Shown: positions 16,251 to 24,854 of the stretch, piece by piece
Layout: each line of letters opens with the position of its first letter
How positions within the stretch are numbered: position 1 is the first letter of the stretch
Origin: Candidatus Parcubacteria bacterium
GTDB taxonomy: Bacteria > Patescibacteriota > Minisyncoccia > Sungbacterales > SURF-37
Assembly: GCA_003599755.1 (NCBI GenBank)
Contig: QZJO01000007.1
Location: forward strand, 41,221-105,220
Length of the DNA: 64,000 bases
Reading direction: 5' to 3'
The notes under the pieces: model-generated
The model's input: only the letters and a program-made list of their open reading frames with translations
What the model was told of the DNA's origin: nothing
The model's database searches: none
Translations under genes and position numbers: made by a program

Positions 16251-18014
16251 ATGGATGAACTTATCCGCGAACTGAAGCGCCAAGGAGTGCTCCGCTCGCC
16301 GCTTGTCGCGGAGGCCTTTGGCCGCGTGGATCGCAAGGACTTCGTGCGTCCCGAGGATGCGGCCGAGGCGTACGCAAACTGGCCGCTGGCCATCGGCGCT
16401 GGCCAGACCATTTCGCAACCCCAGACCGTCGCCTTCATGCTCGATCTTCTCGACCCGCGGCCGGGCGAGCGTATTTTGGATGTGGGCGCCGGATCCGGCT
16501 GGCAATCCGCCCTCCTCGCGGCGATCGTCGGCAAGCAGTCGGGCGGCCCGCCTGCCCGCTTCGCCGAAGCTCCCGCTTCGCCCGCGAAGCGAGGCGAGTC
16601 AGCGAGGCGAGCCGGGCGGGCAGGCACGGTCGTCGCGATCGAGCGCATTCCGGAACTCTGCCGTTTCGCCCAAACAAATTTAAAAAAATACGAGGCCATT
16701 ACCGCGCCGACGGTTCAGTTCATCTGCGGCGACGCGACTACGGCGCTCGAGCGCGCCGAGCCGTTCGATAAGATCATCGCCGCAGCCGCCGCAAAAGGCG
16801 ATATTCCCGCTTCCTGGCGCGCGCTTCTGAAACCCGGCGGCGTCATCGTCGCGCCGGTGGACGACGCGATCATCCGCCTGACAAAAACCGCCGACGGCGC
16901 ATGGCGCACCGAACGATTCGAGGGATTCGCATTCGTTCCGCTCATCAGCGGCACGGACCAGCCGAAAGCCGGATTCGGAAGCCCCGCCACCATCGCGACC
17001 GGCGCGATCGCCCTGGCCGTCGGCGCAACGCTCTGTGCGCTGGCAATGGTCGTGCCCGTCATTCTTCCCGGTCCCGTGACGCTTGATGTGCCGCGGGGCG
17101 CGGGATCCCAGGCCATCGGCCGGCTGCTCGAATCCCAAGGCCTCGTCTGGTCGCGCCATTTGTTCGTCGCATATGCCGTGCTCACGAATACCGCCGGCAA
17201 CCTAAAACCCGGGGCGTATTCGTTCGACGGCGCGGTGACCATCCCGGAAATCATCGGCGAATTGGCGCGCGGCAGCGCGAACGAACGCGTTATCGTCATT
17301 CCCGAAGGATGGGACCAGCGCACCCTGGGGATATATCTGGAAGAGCGAAACATCATGCCCGCGGAGCGCTGGTGGGATACGAACGGCTGGCCGGCGACCG
17401 ATTATCGTATCGCGACGCACCGGCCCGCGCTCCGCGATTTTTCTCAGGAGTTCGCGTTTCTGGCCGACAAACCCGCATACGTGGGACTCGAAGGATATCT
17501 CTATCCCGATACCTACCGCATTTGGGCCGATGCTTCACCCGAAGATATCGCGCGGCGCATGCTGGAAAACTTCGATGAAAAACTGACGCCCGCGTTGCGC
17601 ACGGAAATCGCGCGCCAAGGCAAAACTATATTCGAAGTCGTGACGCTCGCCTCGCTCGTCGAGCGCGAAACCGGAGAGCCGAGCGAACGGCCCGTCATCG
17701 CCGGGATTCTTTGGAAACGGCTTTCGGCCGGCATGCCGCTGCAGGTGGACGCGACCGTCAGTTATGCCACGGGCCGATACGCGACGCCCAGCGGCCCTTT
17801 ACTCGAGATCGATTCGCCGTACAACACGTATCGCTATGCGGGATTGCCGATCGGCCCGATCGCGAATCCGAGCATCGAATCCATCACCGCCGCGCTGTAT
17901 CCCATCCGTTCCGCCTATTGGTATTACCTTCATACGCCCGACGGCGACGTGGTCTTCTCGAAAACCCTCGAGGAGCACGAGGCGGCCAAGGCGCGCCACC
18001 GCGCAGGGCGGTAG
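16251..18014 (+). CDS. in-frame fusion of protein-L-isoaspartate O-methyltransferase (Pcm) and MltG/YceG endolytic transglycosylase
   Basis: N-half has Pcm motifs (ISQPQTVAFMLDLL, ILDVGAGSGWQSALLA, FDKIIAAAAA); one TM helix; C-half has YceG/MltG signatures (DTYRIW, SLVERET, DATVSYATG); no stop between halves; start set at MDELIREL. Confidence 0.6.
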   Translation: MDELIRELKRQGVLRSPLVAEAFGRVDRKDFVRPEDAAEAYANWPLAIGAGQTISQPQTVAFMLDLLDPRPGERILDVGAGSGWQSALLAAIVGKQSGGPPARFAEAPASPAKRGESARRAGRAGTVVAIERIPELCRFAQTNLKKYEAITAPTVQFICGDATTALERAEPFDKIIAAAAAKGDIPASWRALLKPGGVIVAPVDDAIIRLTKTADGAWRTERFEGFAFVPLISGTDQPKAGFGSPATIATGAIALAVGATLCALAMVVPVILPGPVTLDVPRGAGSQAIGRLLESQGLVWSRHLFVAYAVLTNTAGNLKPGAYSFDGAVTIPEIIGELARGSANERVIVIPEGWDQRTLGIYLEERNIMPAERWWDTNGWPATDYRIATHRPALRDFSQEFAFLADKPAYVGLEGYLYPDTYRIWADASPEDIARRMLENFDEKLTPALRTEIARQGKTIFEVVTLASLVERETGEPSERPVIAGILWKRLSAGMPLQVDATVSYATGRYATPSGPLLEIDSPYNTYRYAGLPIGPIANPSIESITAALYPIRSAYWYYLHTPDGDVVFSKTLEEHEAAKARHRAGR

Positions 18015-18091
18015 CTTTGCGCCATTGCGTCAACGGCAGGAGTGTGGTACGGTTACCATATGATCGATTTCTCTAGAGATTATTCGTTTTC

Positions 18092-18358
18092 ATGTTGACT
18101 TCTCGCGAAAAACGAGCCGTAATCGACACCGTCAAGACGGGCGCCGAGGACACGGGTTCGAGCGAAGTACAGGTGGCGCTTTTGTCCGAAGAGATCGCCC
18201 GCCTTACCGCGCATCTCAAAAAGCATCCTAAGGATCACCACTCCCGGCGGGGGCTTTTGGCTATGGTCGTGCGACGGCGCAAGCTCCTCGAATACCTGCG
18301 CGGGTCCGCGCCGAAGCGCTACGCGACGGTGACGCGGAAACTCGGCCTGAAACGCTGA
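18092..18358 (+). CDS. rpsO: 30S ribosomal protein S15
   Basis: ..[48 protein letters not shown].. Confidence 0.9.
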   Translation: MLTSREKRAVIDTVKTGAEDTGSSEVQVALLSEEIARLTAHLKKHPKDHHSRRGLLAMVVRRRKLLEYLRGSAPKRYATVTRKLGLKR

Positions 18359-18378
18359 CCGACCGCACATCGCAACCC

Positions 18379-18969
18379 ATGACCCTTCCGCAAATGCAGC
18401 ACTCGGAACAACGCGTAGCGGTGTTCATCGACGTGCAAAACATGTACTATTCCGCGCGGCATCTCTATAATGCGCGCGTGAATTTCAAGGCCGTCGTGGA
18501 CGCCGCGGTGGCGCACCGTAAATTGATCCGTTCGTTCGCCTACGTGGTGCGCACGAAGACCGGCGAGGAAAAACCGTTTTTCGATGCGCTCATCAAGGAG
18601 GGGATCGAAACACGCGTCAAAGACCTCCAAGAGTTCACCGGCGGCGTCAAAAAAGCGGACTGGGACGTGGGGTTGGCTATTGACGCGGTGCGCACCGCGG
18701 ATATGGTAGACACGATCGTCATCGTGTCGGGCGACGGCGATTTTATCCCGCTTATCCAGTACCTCAAAGGGAGAGGGCGGCGGGTGGAGGTCGTCGCGTT
18801 CGGCCGCAGCGCATCGGGCAAGGTTCGGGAAGAAGCCGATGACTTTCTCGATATCGAGGAGGATCCGCGCCGGTTTCTCATGCGCTCCAAGCGCCTGATC
18901 GGCGGCCGCCGGAGCGGACGCGCGACCGAGGACCAATCCGACGAGCCGCTGCCCAAGATCCATTCGTAA
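18379..18969 (+). CDS. NYN-domain (LabA-like) protein
   Basis: VAVFIDVQNMYYSARHLY..IVIVSGDGDFIPLIQYLKGRGRRVEVVAF pattern of NYN nuclease-like domains. Confidence 0.6.
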   Translation: MTLPQMQHSEQRVAVFIDVQNMYYSARHLYNARVNFKAVVDAAVAHRKLIRSFAYVVRTKTGEEKPFFDALIKEGIETRVKDLQEFTGGVKKADWDVGLAIDAVRTADMVDTIVIVSGDGDFIPLIQYLKGRGRRVEVVAFGRSASGKVREEADDFLDIEEDPRRFLMRSKRLIGGRRSGRATEDQSDEPLPKIHS

Positions 18970-19095
18970 CCGCCCGCACCCGTCGCATTCATTATTCATC
19001 AGCTGATTCGTGTCCGTTCAGTTGTCTCCAGACGACGAGACGCCAGAGACGTCTTCCGCCTGGAGAGAACGCGTCGGACGCCACTCGCTTCTCAT

Positions 19096-21294
19096 ATGGA
19101 GACACAATCCTATTCGCTGCCGCTCGGCAACGCGGCCCTCACGGTCCAACTCACGCCGTTGGCACCCCACGCCAACGGCCGCGTGCTCGTCCGTCATGGC
19201 GACACCATGGTGCTCGTCACGGCGGTCATGGCCAAACGCCCGCGCGAAGGCGGAGATTTTTTCCCGCTGACCGTGGATTACGAAGAGCGCTTTTACGCCG
19301 CCGGCAAAATTCTCGGCTCGCGATTCGTAAAGCGCGAAACGCGGCCGTCGGAAGAAGCGATCCTCGGCGCGCGGCTCATCGATCGCACGATTCGCCCGCG
19401 CTTCGATTTGCGCATGCGCAATGAAGTGCAGGTTATCGCGACCGTATTGTCGTTCGACGGCGAACACGATCCGGATGTACCCGCTCTCTTGGGCGCGTCG
19501 CTCGCACTTGCCATTTCGGATATCCCGTGGGACGGACCGGTGGCCGGCGTGCGCATCGGCCGGGTTGACGACCGCTTTGTCGTCGGCCCCACCATTGCCG
19601 AGCGCGAATCGGGAACGCTGGATATGATCGCGTCGGGCACCGCGGAAAAACTCAATATGATTGAGACGGGCGCGGCCGAACTGACCGAGGCACAAATCGT
19701 CGAGGCGCTTGAGCTGGCACACGCCGAAATTAAAAAACTTGTCGCGCTCGAACAAGAGGTTATCCGCGCCGCGGGCCCGGTACGCAAAGCCGAAGTACCG
19801 CTCGTCGCGACGACCGGGCCCTTGCGCGACGCGCTCATCAAAAACTTTTCCGAACGCATCGGCGAGGCCATGTGGACCGCGGACAAACAGGAGCGGCTCG
19901 AAAAAACCGCTGCGCTGCGCAGCGAATGGGCCGCATTCGCGAAAGCGGAATTCCCGGACGCCACGCCGGCCGAAATCACATATCTGTGGGACGACGAGAT
20001 CGACGCCATCGTCCACAAAAAGATCCTGCATGACGGCAAACGGCCCGATGGCCGCGCGACCGACGAGCTCCGGGCGCTCACGGCCGAAGCGGGCATCATT
20101 CCGCGCGTGCATGGCTCGGGCATATTCTGCCGGGGCGAAACCCAAGCCCTCTCACTCCTCACGCTCGGCTCGCCCGGCGACCAATTGATCATCGAAGGCA
20201 TGGAAGTGCGCACGAAGCGCCGCTACATGCACCAATACAATTTCCCGCCCTATGCCACGGGCGAAACCAAGCCCTTGCGCGGTCCCGGCCGGCGCGAAAT
20301 CGGCCACGGCGTGCTGGCGCAAAAGGCAATTCTGCCGCTGTTGCCGACCGTGGACGAATTCCCCTACACGATCCGAATCGTATCCGAGATCATCTCTTCG
20401 AACGGCTCGTCGTCCATGGCTTCGGTCTGCGGCTCGACCTTGGCGCTGTTCGACGGCGGCGTGCCGCTCAAAAAACCGGCGGCCGGCATCGCCATGGGCC
20501 TGATGATGGAAAGTGAATCCCAATACCGCGTACTCACCGACATCCAAGGGCCCGAAGACCATTACGGCGACATGGATTTCAAGGCCGCGGGCACCCGCGA
20601 CGGCGTGACCGCGATCCAAATGGACGTCAAAATCGACGGCGTAACCATTCCGATGCTCGCCGAGACCCTCGCGCAAGCCAAGGAGGCGCGCCTCCAGATT
20701 CTGGACACGATTGAGGCCGCCTTGCCCGCGCCGCGGCCGGAACTCTCGCCGTATGCTCCGCGCATCGTGACGTTGAAAATCGATCCGCAAAAGATCGGCG
20801 CGCTCATCGGTCCGGGCGGCAAAATGATCAACAGTATCACCGATGCCACGGGCGTGGACATTGCCATCGAAGACGACGGCACCGTGTTCGTGACTTCGGA
20901 AAGCGCCGAAGGCATGACGCGAGCGCTCGAATTGATCAAGCAGGTGACGCGCGAATATAAGCCGGGCGAACTCCTAGAAGGAACGGTGACGCGCATCTTC
21001 GACTTCGGCGCCATGGTGGAAGTAGCGCCCAAAACCGAGGGCCTCGTGCACATCTCGGAACTCGCGCCCTGGCGCGTGGGCTCGGTTGAAGATATCGTAC
21101 ATGTGGGAGACCGTATTCCCGTCATGGTGCGCAATATCGACGACCAGGGGCGACTCAACTTTTCCCTCAAAAGCGTCCCTGGCCGGTATTCCGAAGACGA
21201 TATCGCCAAAGGACGCGCGAGCGAAGCGACGTATAGCCCGCCGCCGCGCGAGCGCCATGACGAACGCGGCCCGCGTCGCCATCACCGCCGCTGA
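19096..21294 (+). CDS. pnp: polynucleotide phosphorylase
   Basis: 732 aa; two RNase PH-like repeats, KH (GPGGKMINSI) and C-terminal S1 domain; downstream of rpsO. Confidence 0.9.
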   Translation: METQSYSLPLGNAALTVQLTPLAPHANGRVLVRHGDTMVLVTAVMAKRPREGGDFFPLTVDYEERFYAAGKILGSRFVKRETRPSEEAILGARLIDRTIRPRFDLRMRNEVQVIATVLSFDGEHDPDVPALLGASLALAISDIPWDGPVAGVRIGRVDDRFVVGPTIAERESGTLDMIASGTAEKLNMIETGAAELTEAQIVEALELAHAEIKKLVALEQEVIRAAGPVRKAEVPLVATTGPLRDALIKNFSERIGEAMWTADKQERLEKTAALRSEWAAFAKAEFPDATPAEITYLWDDEIDAIVHKKILHDGKRPDGRATDELRALTAEAGIIPRVHGSGIFCRGETQALSLLTLGSPGDQLIIEGMEVRTKRRYMHQYNFPPYATGETKPLRGPGRREIGHGVLAQKAILPLLPTVDEFPYTIRIVSEIISSNGSSSMASVCGSTLALFDGGVPLKKPAAGIAMGLMMESESQYRVLTDIQGPEDHYGDMDFKAAGTRDGVTAIQMDVKIDGVTIPMLAETLAQAKEARLQILDTIEAALPAPRPELSPYAPRIVTLKIDPQKIGALIGPGGKMINSITDATGVDIAIEDDGTVFVTSESAEGMTRALELIKQVTREYKPGELLEGTVTRIFDFGAMVEVAPKTEGLVHISELAPWRVGSVEDIVHVGDRIPVMVRNIDDQGRLNFSLKSVPGRYSEDDIAKGRASEATYSPPPRERHDERGPRRHHRR

Positions 21295-21335
21295 TCCCAT
21301 TCATCCGGCGAAGCGACGCTCCCTCGATCGTTTGC

Positions 21336-22301
21336 ATGCCGGATCATCCTACCGAATCTCAATCGGAACGCCGAGCATCAGAACCCGCCCGCACCATGGC
21401 GGGGGATATGCAGCGCGTCCTCACCGAGAAAAAACCAACGCTCCTTGCACGCCCGCCACGACCGCGAGAGCGCCTGGGCGCGACGGCTTCCGACCGTTGG
21501 ACTGAACAGAAATTCAAGGTCACCGCGATGGCCCTTCTTGGCGTCATCGCGCTTTTGATCACCGCGTGGTTCTGGCGATCCGAGCTGCCCGCGCTCGTCG
21601 AAAACCTGCCGCAGCCCGTGCCGCCCCCTGGCTCTGCATTTTTCTTCAACGCGACCGAGACGCTCTTGTTAAGTTCAAGCTCGCCGCCGCTTCCCGCGCT
21701 TCTGGCCGGACGGATCGCCATTCCCCGCGCGCCCGGCTCGTTCACGCGACTCCTGATCGAAGTAGAGCGGCTGCGCGCCGATCCGGCTGCCCTTTCGGCC
21801 CGCGGATTTTTCGATGCCATCGGCATCGAGCCGCCGCCGCAATTCCTCGATGCGATTGAGCCGCTGCCGCAGTGGTTCATCTATGGCGGGGCCGACGGCC
21901 GAGACGCCGGCATAATTTTTGTGGTAAAAAACGGGCCGGCCGCAGCCGAAGCGCTCGCGGCCTGGGAGCCGACCATCCGCAGCGATTTCGCATTCATGAT
22001 CCCCACCGCGCCGCCGCCACCGCCGCTTATCGCGACTACAACGCCGGATGCCGCGACCGGTACTACATCGGACGAACGCGCGCTCTTGCCTCCCGCCGCG
22101 CCATCCGCGGATCCCGTGCCGCCGCGATTCAAATCCCAGAGTTATCGCAACATCGAGTTCCGATTCCGCGAATTGATTTCGGGCCACGATCAGGGTTGGG
22201 GCTACTTGTACTTCCCGGCGCGGCGCCGTATCATCATGGGTACTTCGACCGCGGCGCTGCGCGCCGCCATCGACCGCTTGTTCGAATCGCCGAATCCCTA
22301 A
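21336..22301 (+). CDS. hypothetical membrane-anchored protein
   Basis: One TM helix after a charged N-terminus; Pro/Ala-rich; true start may be internal. Confidence 0.35.
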   Translation: MPDHPTESQSERRASEPARTMAGDMQRVLTEKKPTLLARPPRPRERLGATASDRWTEQKFKVTAMALLGVIALLITAWFWRSELPALVENLPQPVPPPGSAFFFNATETLLLSSSSPPLPALLAGRIAIPRAPGSFTRLLIEVERLRADPAALSARGFFDAIGIEPPPQFLDAIEPLPQWFIYGGADGRDAGIIFVVKNGPAAAEALAAWEPTIRSDFAFMIPTAPPPPPLIATTTPDAATGTTSDERALLPPAAPSADPVPPRFKSQSYRNIEFRFRELISGHDQGWGYLYFPARRRIIMGTSTAALRAAIDRLFESPNP

Positions 22302-22331
22302 TCGCAGCAATGCGCTGCGCGATTCCAATCC

Positions 22332-22721
22332 ATGAACCCTAATCTCGCCCGGGAATTGCAACCGCTGCTTGAACAAGAGCGCCACCGCTTGGAAGCGGAG
22401 CTTGGCGGCATCGCGACCAAAGACCCGCGCATGGTCGGCGACTGGGACGCGCGCATGCCCGATACCGCAAGCCGGGACACCAATGATCAGTCGGACATCG
22501 AGGAGCAAGCCGACGTACGGGAAGAATACGAGACGCGAATCGCCCAGGAACAAGCCCTCGAAGAACGGCTCGCCGAAGTGCGCAAAGCGTTGGAACGCAT
22601 CGCAGCCGGCTCGTATGGCGCTTGCCTTGCCTGCGGCAAGCCGATTCCCGAAGAACGCCTTCGCGCGAATCCCGCAGCCGCATATCACATCGAGCACGAG
22701 CCCGAATCCGCATCTGCCTAA
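22332..22721 (+). CDS. TraR/DksA-family zinc-finger protein (two-Cys variant)
   Basis: Coiled-coil N-half, then GSYGACLACGKPIPEERLRANPAAAYHIEHE. Confidence 0.5.
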   Translation: MNPNLARELQPLLEQERHRLEAELGGIATKDPRMVGDWDARMPDTASRDTNDQSDIEEQADVREEYETRIAQEQALEERLAEVRKALERIAAGSYGACLACGKPIPEERLRANPAAAYHIEHEPESASA

Positions 22722-22766
22722 TCATCTGCCGCGCCTTGAGCCGTCGAGGCGGCATTCGCGCACTCC

Positions 22767-24287
22767 ATGATCGCGCTCTTCTCGGCGCAGGTTACCGGCC
22801 TCGATGCGACGCTCATCAATGTCGAGGTCGATTTGTCTCCGGGCCTGCACGTGTTTTCGATCGTCGGGCTTGCCGACAAGGAAGTCCAAGAATCGCGCGA
22901 ACGCATCGGCGTGGCCATCCGCGCCATCGGCGCCCGGCCGCCGCATAAAAAAAGCGAACGCCTCATCGTCAATCTCGCGCCAGCCGACATCCGCAAGGAA
23001 GGCCCGGCGTTTGATTTGCCCATTGCGCTCGGATATCTACTCGCGTCCGGACAAGCCCGGTTTGATCCGGCCGGAAAACTATTCATCGGCGAACTCGGCC
23101 TCGACGGTTCGCTCAAGCCCGTAGTCGGCGTTTTGCCCATGGCAATTGCCGCGCGTCTCGCGGGCGCTACGGCCTGCTACGTGCCGCCCGGCAACGGCGC
23201 TGAAGCCGCGCTCATCGAGGGGCTCACGGTCAAAGAAGCGCCCAACATCCCCGCATTGCTCGATGACGTGGAAGGCCGTCGCGCACTGCCGCCGATATCA
23301 CGGCCGGAGCCCCCGCACGGCGCGGCCGACGTTTTCGACATCTCGCTGATCCACGGTCAAGAACACGCCAAACGCGCGCTCGTGATCGCCGCGGCCGGCG
23401 GGCATAACATCCTATTTCAAGGACCGCCGGGAACCGGAAAAACCATTCTCGCGCGAGCGTTGGCCGGCCTGCTGCCTCCGCCCACCGAGGATGAAATGAT
23501 CGAGATCACGAAGATCGCGAGCGTGGCCGGAATTCTCCGCGACCGGGGCGCGCTCGTGGCCACGCGGCCGTTCCGGAGCCCGCACCATTCGGCATCCGCG
23601 GTCGCGGTTACCGGCGGCGGCTCGCCCCCGCGGCCCGGCGAAGTCACGCTCGCGCACCGCGGAGTTCTTTTCCTTGATGAGCTACCCGAATTTCCGACAC
23701 ACGTGCTCGAATCGCTGCGCCAGCCGCTAGAAGACCGCATGATCACCGTCGCCCGCGCGGCCGGCACCATTTCCTTTCCCGCGGATTTTACGCTCATCGC
23801 ATCCATGAATCCCTGCCCCTGCGGCAATCTTTCGAATCCGCGGGGCAATTGCATCTGCGCGCCCGGCGCGATCGCGCGCTACCGCCGCCGCGTATCGGGG
23901 CCGTTGTTGGACCGGATTGATTTGCATATCGAAGTCGGCCCGGTCGCGTCCGAAAAGTTGGCGGCCGACGCCGCGGATCCCAGCCAGGGCATCGCAATCC
24001 GCGCCCAAATCGCGGCGGCGCGCGATCATGCGCTCAAGCGCTTCGCGCGTTCAAACTGCCGCACGAACGCGGCGATGTCGCTGGTCGAACTCAAAACATT
24101 CTGCCCGCTCGACGCCGAAAGCCGCCATATTCTCCAAGAGGCCTACGACCGTCTCGGCATGTCGGTGCGCACGTATTACCGCACGATCAAAGTCGCGCGC
24201 ACGATCGCCGATCTTGCGGCCTCGCCCGGCATCAGGTCCGAGCACGTGCTCGAAGCGCTCCAATACCGCCCGATGGGGGAACGATAG
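22767..24287 (+). CDS. YifB/ComM-family Mg-chelatase-like AAA+ ATPase
   Basis: MIALFSAQVTGLDATLINVEVD.. N-terminal Lon-like domain; Walker A ILFQGPPGTGKT; typical C-terminus. Confidence 0.85.
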   Translation: MIALFSAQVTGLDATLINVEVDLSPGLHVFSIVGLADKEVQESRERIGVAIRAIGARPPHKKSERLIVNLAPADIRKEGPAFDLPIALGYLLASGQARFDPAGKLFIGELGLDGSLKPVVGVLPMAIAARLAGATACYVPPGNGAEAALIEGLTVKEAPNIPALLDDVEGRRALPPISRPEPPHGAADVFDISLIHGQEHAKRALVIAAAGGHNILFQGPPGTGKTILARALAGLLPPPTEDEMIEITKIASVAGILRDRGALVATRPFRSPHHSASAVAVTGGGSPPRPGEVTLAHRGVLFLDELPEFPTHVLESLRQPLEDRMITVARAAGTISFPADFTLIASMNPCPCGNLSNPRGNCICAPGAIARYRRRVSGPLLDRIDLHIEVGPVASEKLAADAADPSQGIAIRAQIAAARDHALKRFARSNCRTNAAMSLVELKTFCPLDAESRHILQEAYDRLGMSVRTYYRTIKVARTIADLAASPGIRSEHVLEALQYRPMGER

Positions 24288-24311
24288 CGCGCGAATACCG
24301 CCATCGGTCTG

Positions 24312-24422
24312 GTATACCCGGTAGTACAACGCGCGAAGATCGTTGCGGTTAAAAAATTAACCGATATGCCACGCCCGTGCGCGCCGGATTTATTGGATGG
24401 AAGGTTGTACTACCGGGTATAC
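24312..24422. repeat. ~110-bp element with 19-bp terminal inverted repeats (family copy A)
   Basis: gtatacccggtagtacaac (24312-24330) / gttgtactaccgggtatac (24404-24422) around a 73-nt variable core; right arm ends 10 nt before the ATG of the next gene. Confidence 0.55.
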
Positions 24423-24432
24423 TGAAAGGACT

Positions 24433-24846
24433 ATGCCAGAACGCGCCCCGGGCCATTTAGCCAACGAAATCGCGGAACTGGAATCATTACTCGCTCAAAA
24501 GCGCGCATCGCTGGAACGCGCGGGCGAGGCCGGCGAAGAAAAGGAAGCGTTCGGCGAGACATTTCGCGAGCGCTACGGCGAAGCGTTCGCCCCGCCGCCT
24601 GCGGCAAGCCCCGGACAGACCACTCCGCCGCCCGCGCCGCCCCATGATCAGGTTGCCGCGGTCCAGACCGCGCCCGAAGACCAGCAGGTCGCCGCGCTTG
24701 TCGAAATCGCGCTTACCAAAGGCGTGCGCGCGGCCGCCGAGGTCGCGCGCCATGCGACGCCATGGCTTTTGGATGAACTCCATGACCGTCTCCAAGACCG
24801 CTACTACGACGAGCTCGTCCGCGCGCGCAAATTGAACGAGCGCTAG
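24433..24846 (+). CDS. hypothetical protein
   Basis: ATG with AAAGGA upstream; Pro/Ala-rich middle, helical ends; no family recognised. Confidence 0.4.
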   Translation: MPERAPGHLANEIAELESLLAQKRASLERAGEAGEEKEAFGETFRERYGEAFAPPPAASPGQTTPPPAPPHDQVAAVQTAPEDQQVAALVEIALTKGVRAAAEVARHATPWLLDELHDRLQDRYYDELVRARKLNER

Positions 24847-24854
24847 CACTTCCC

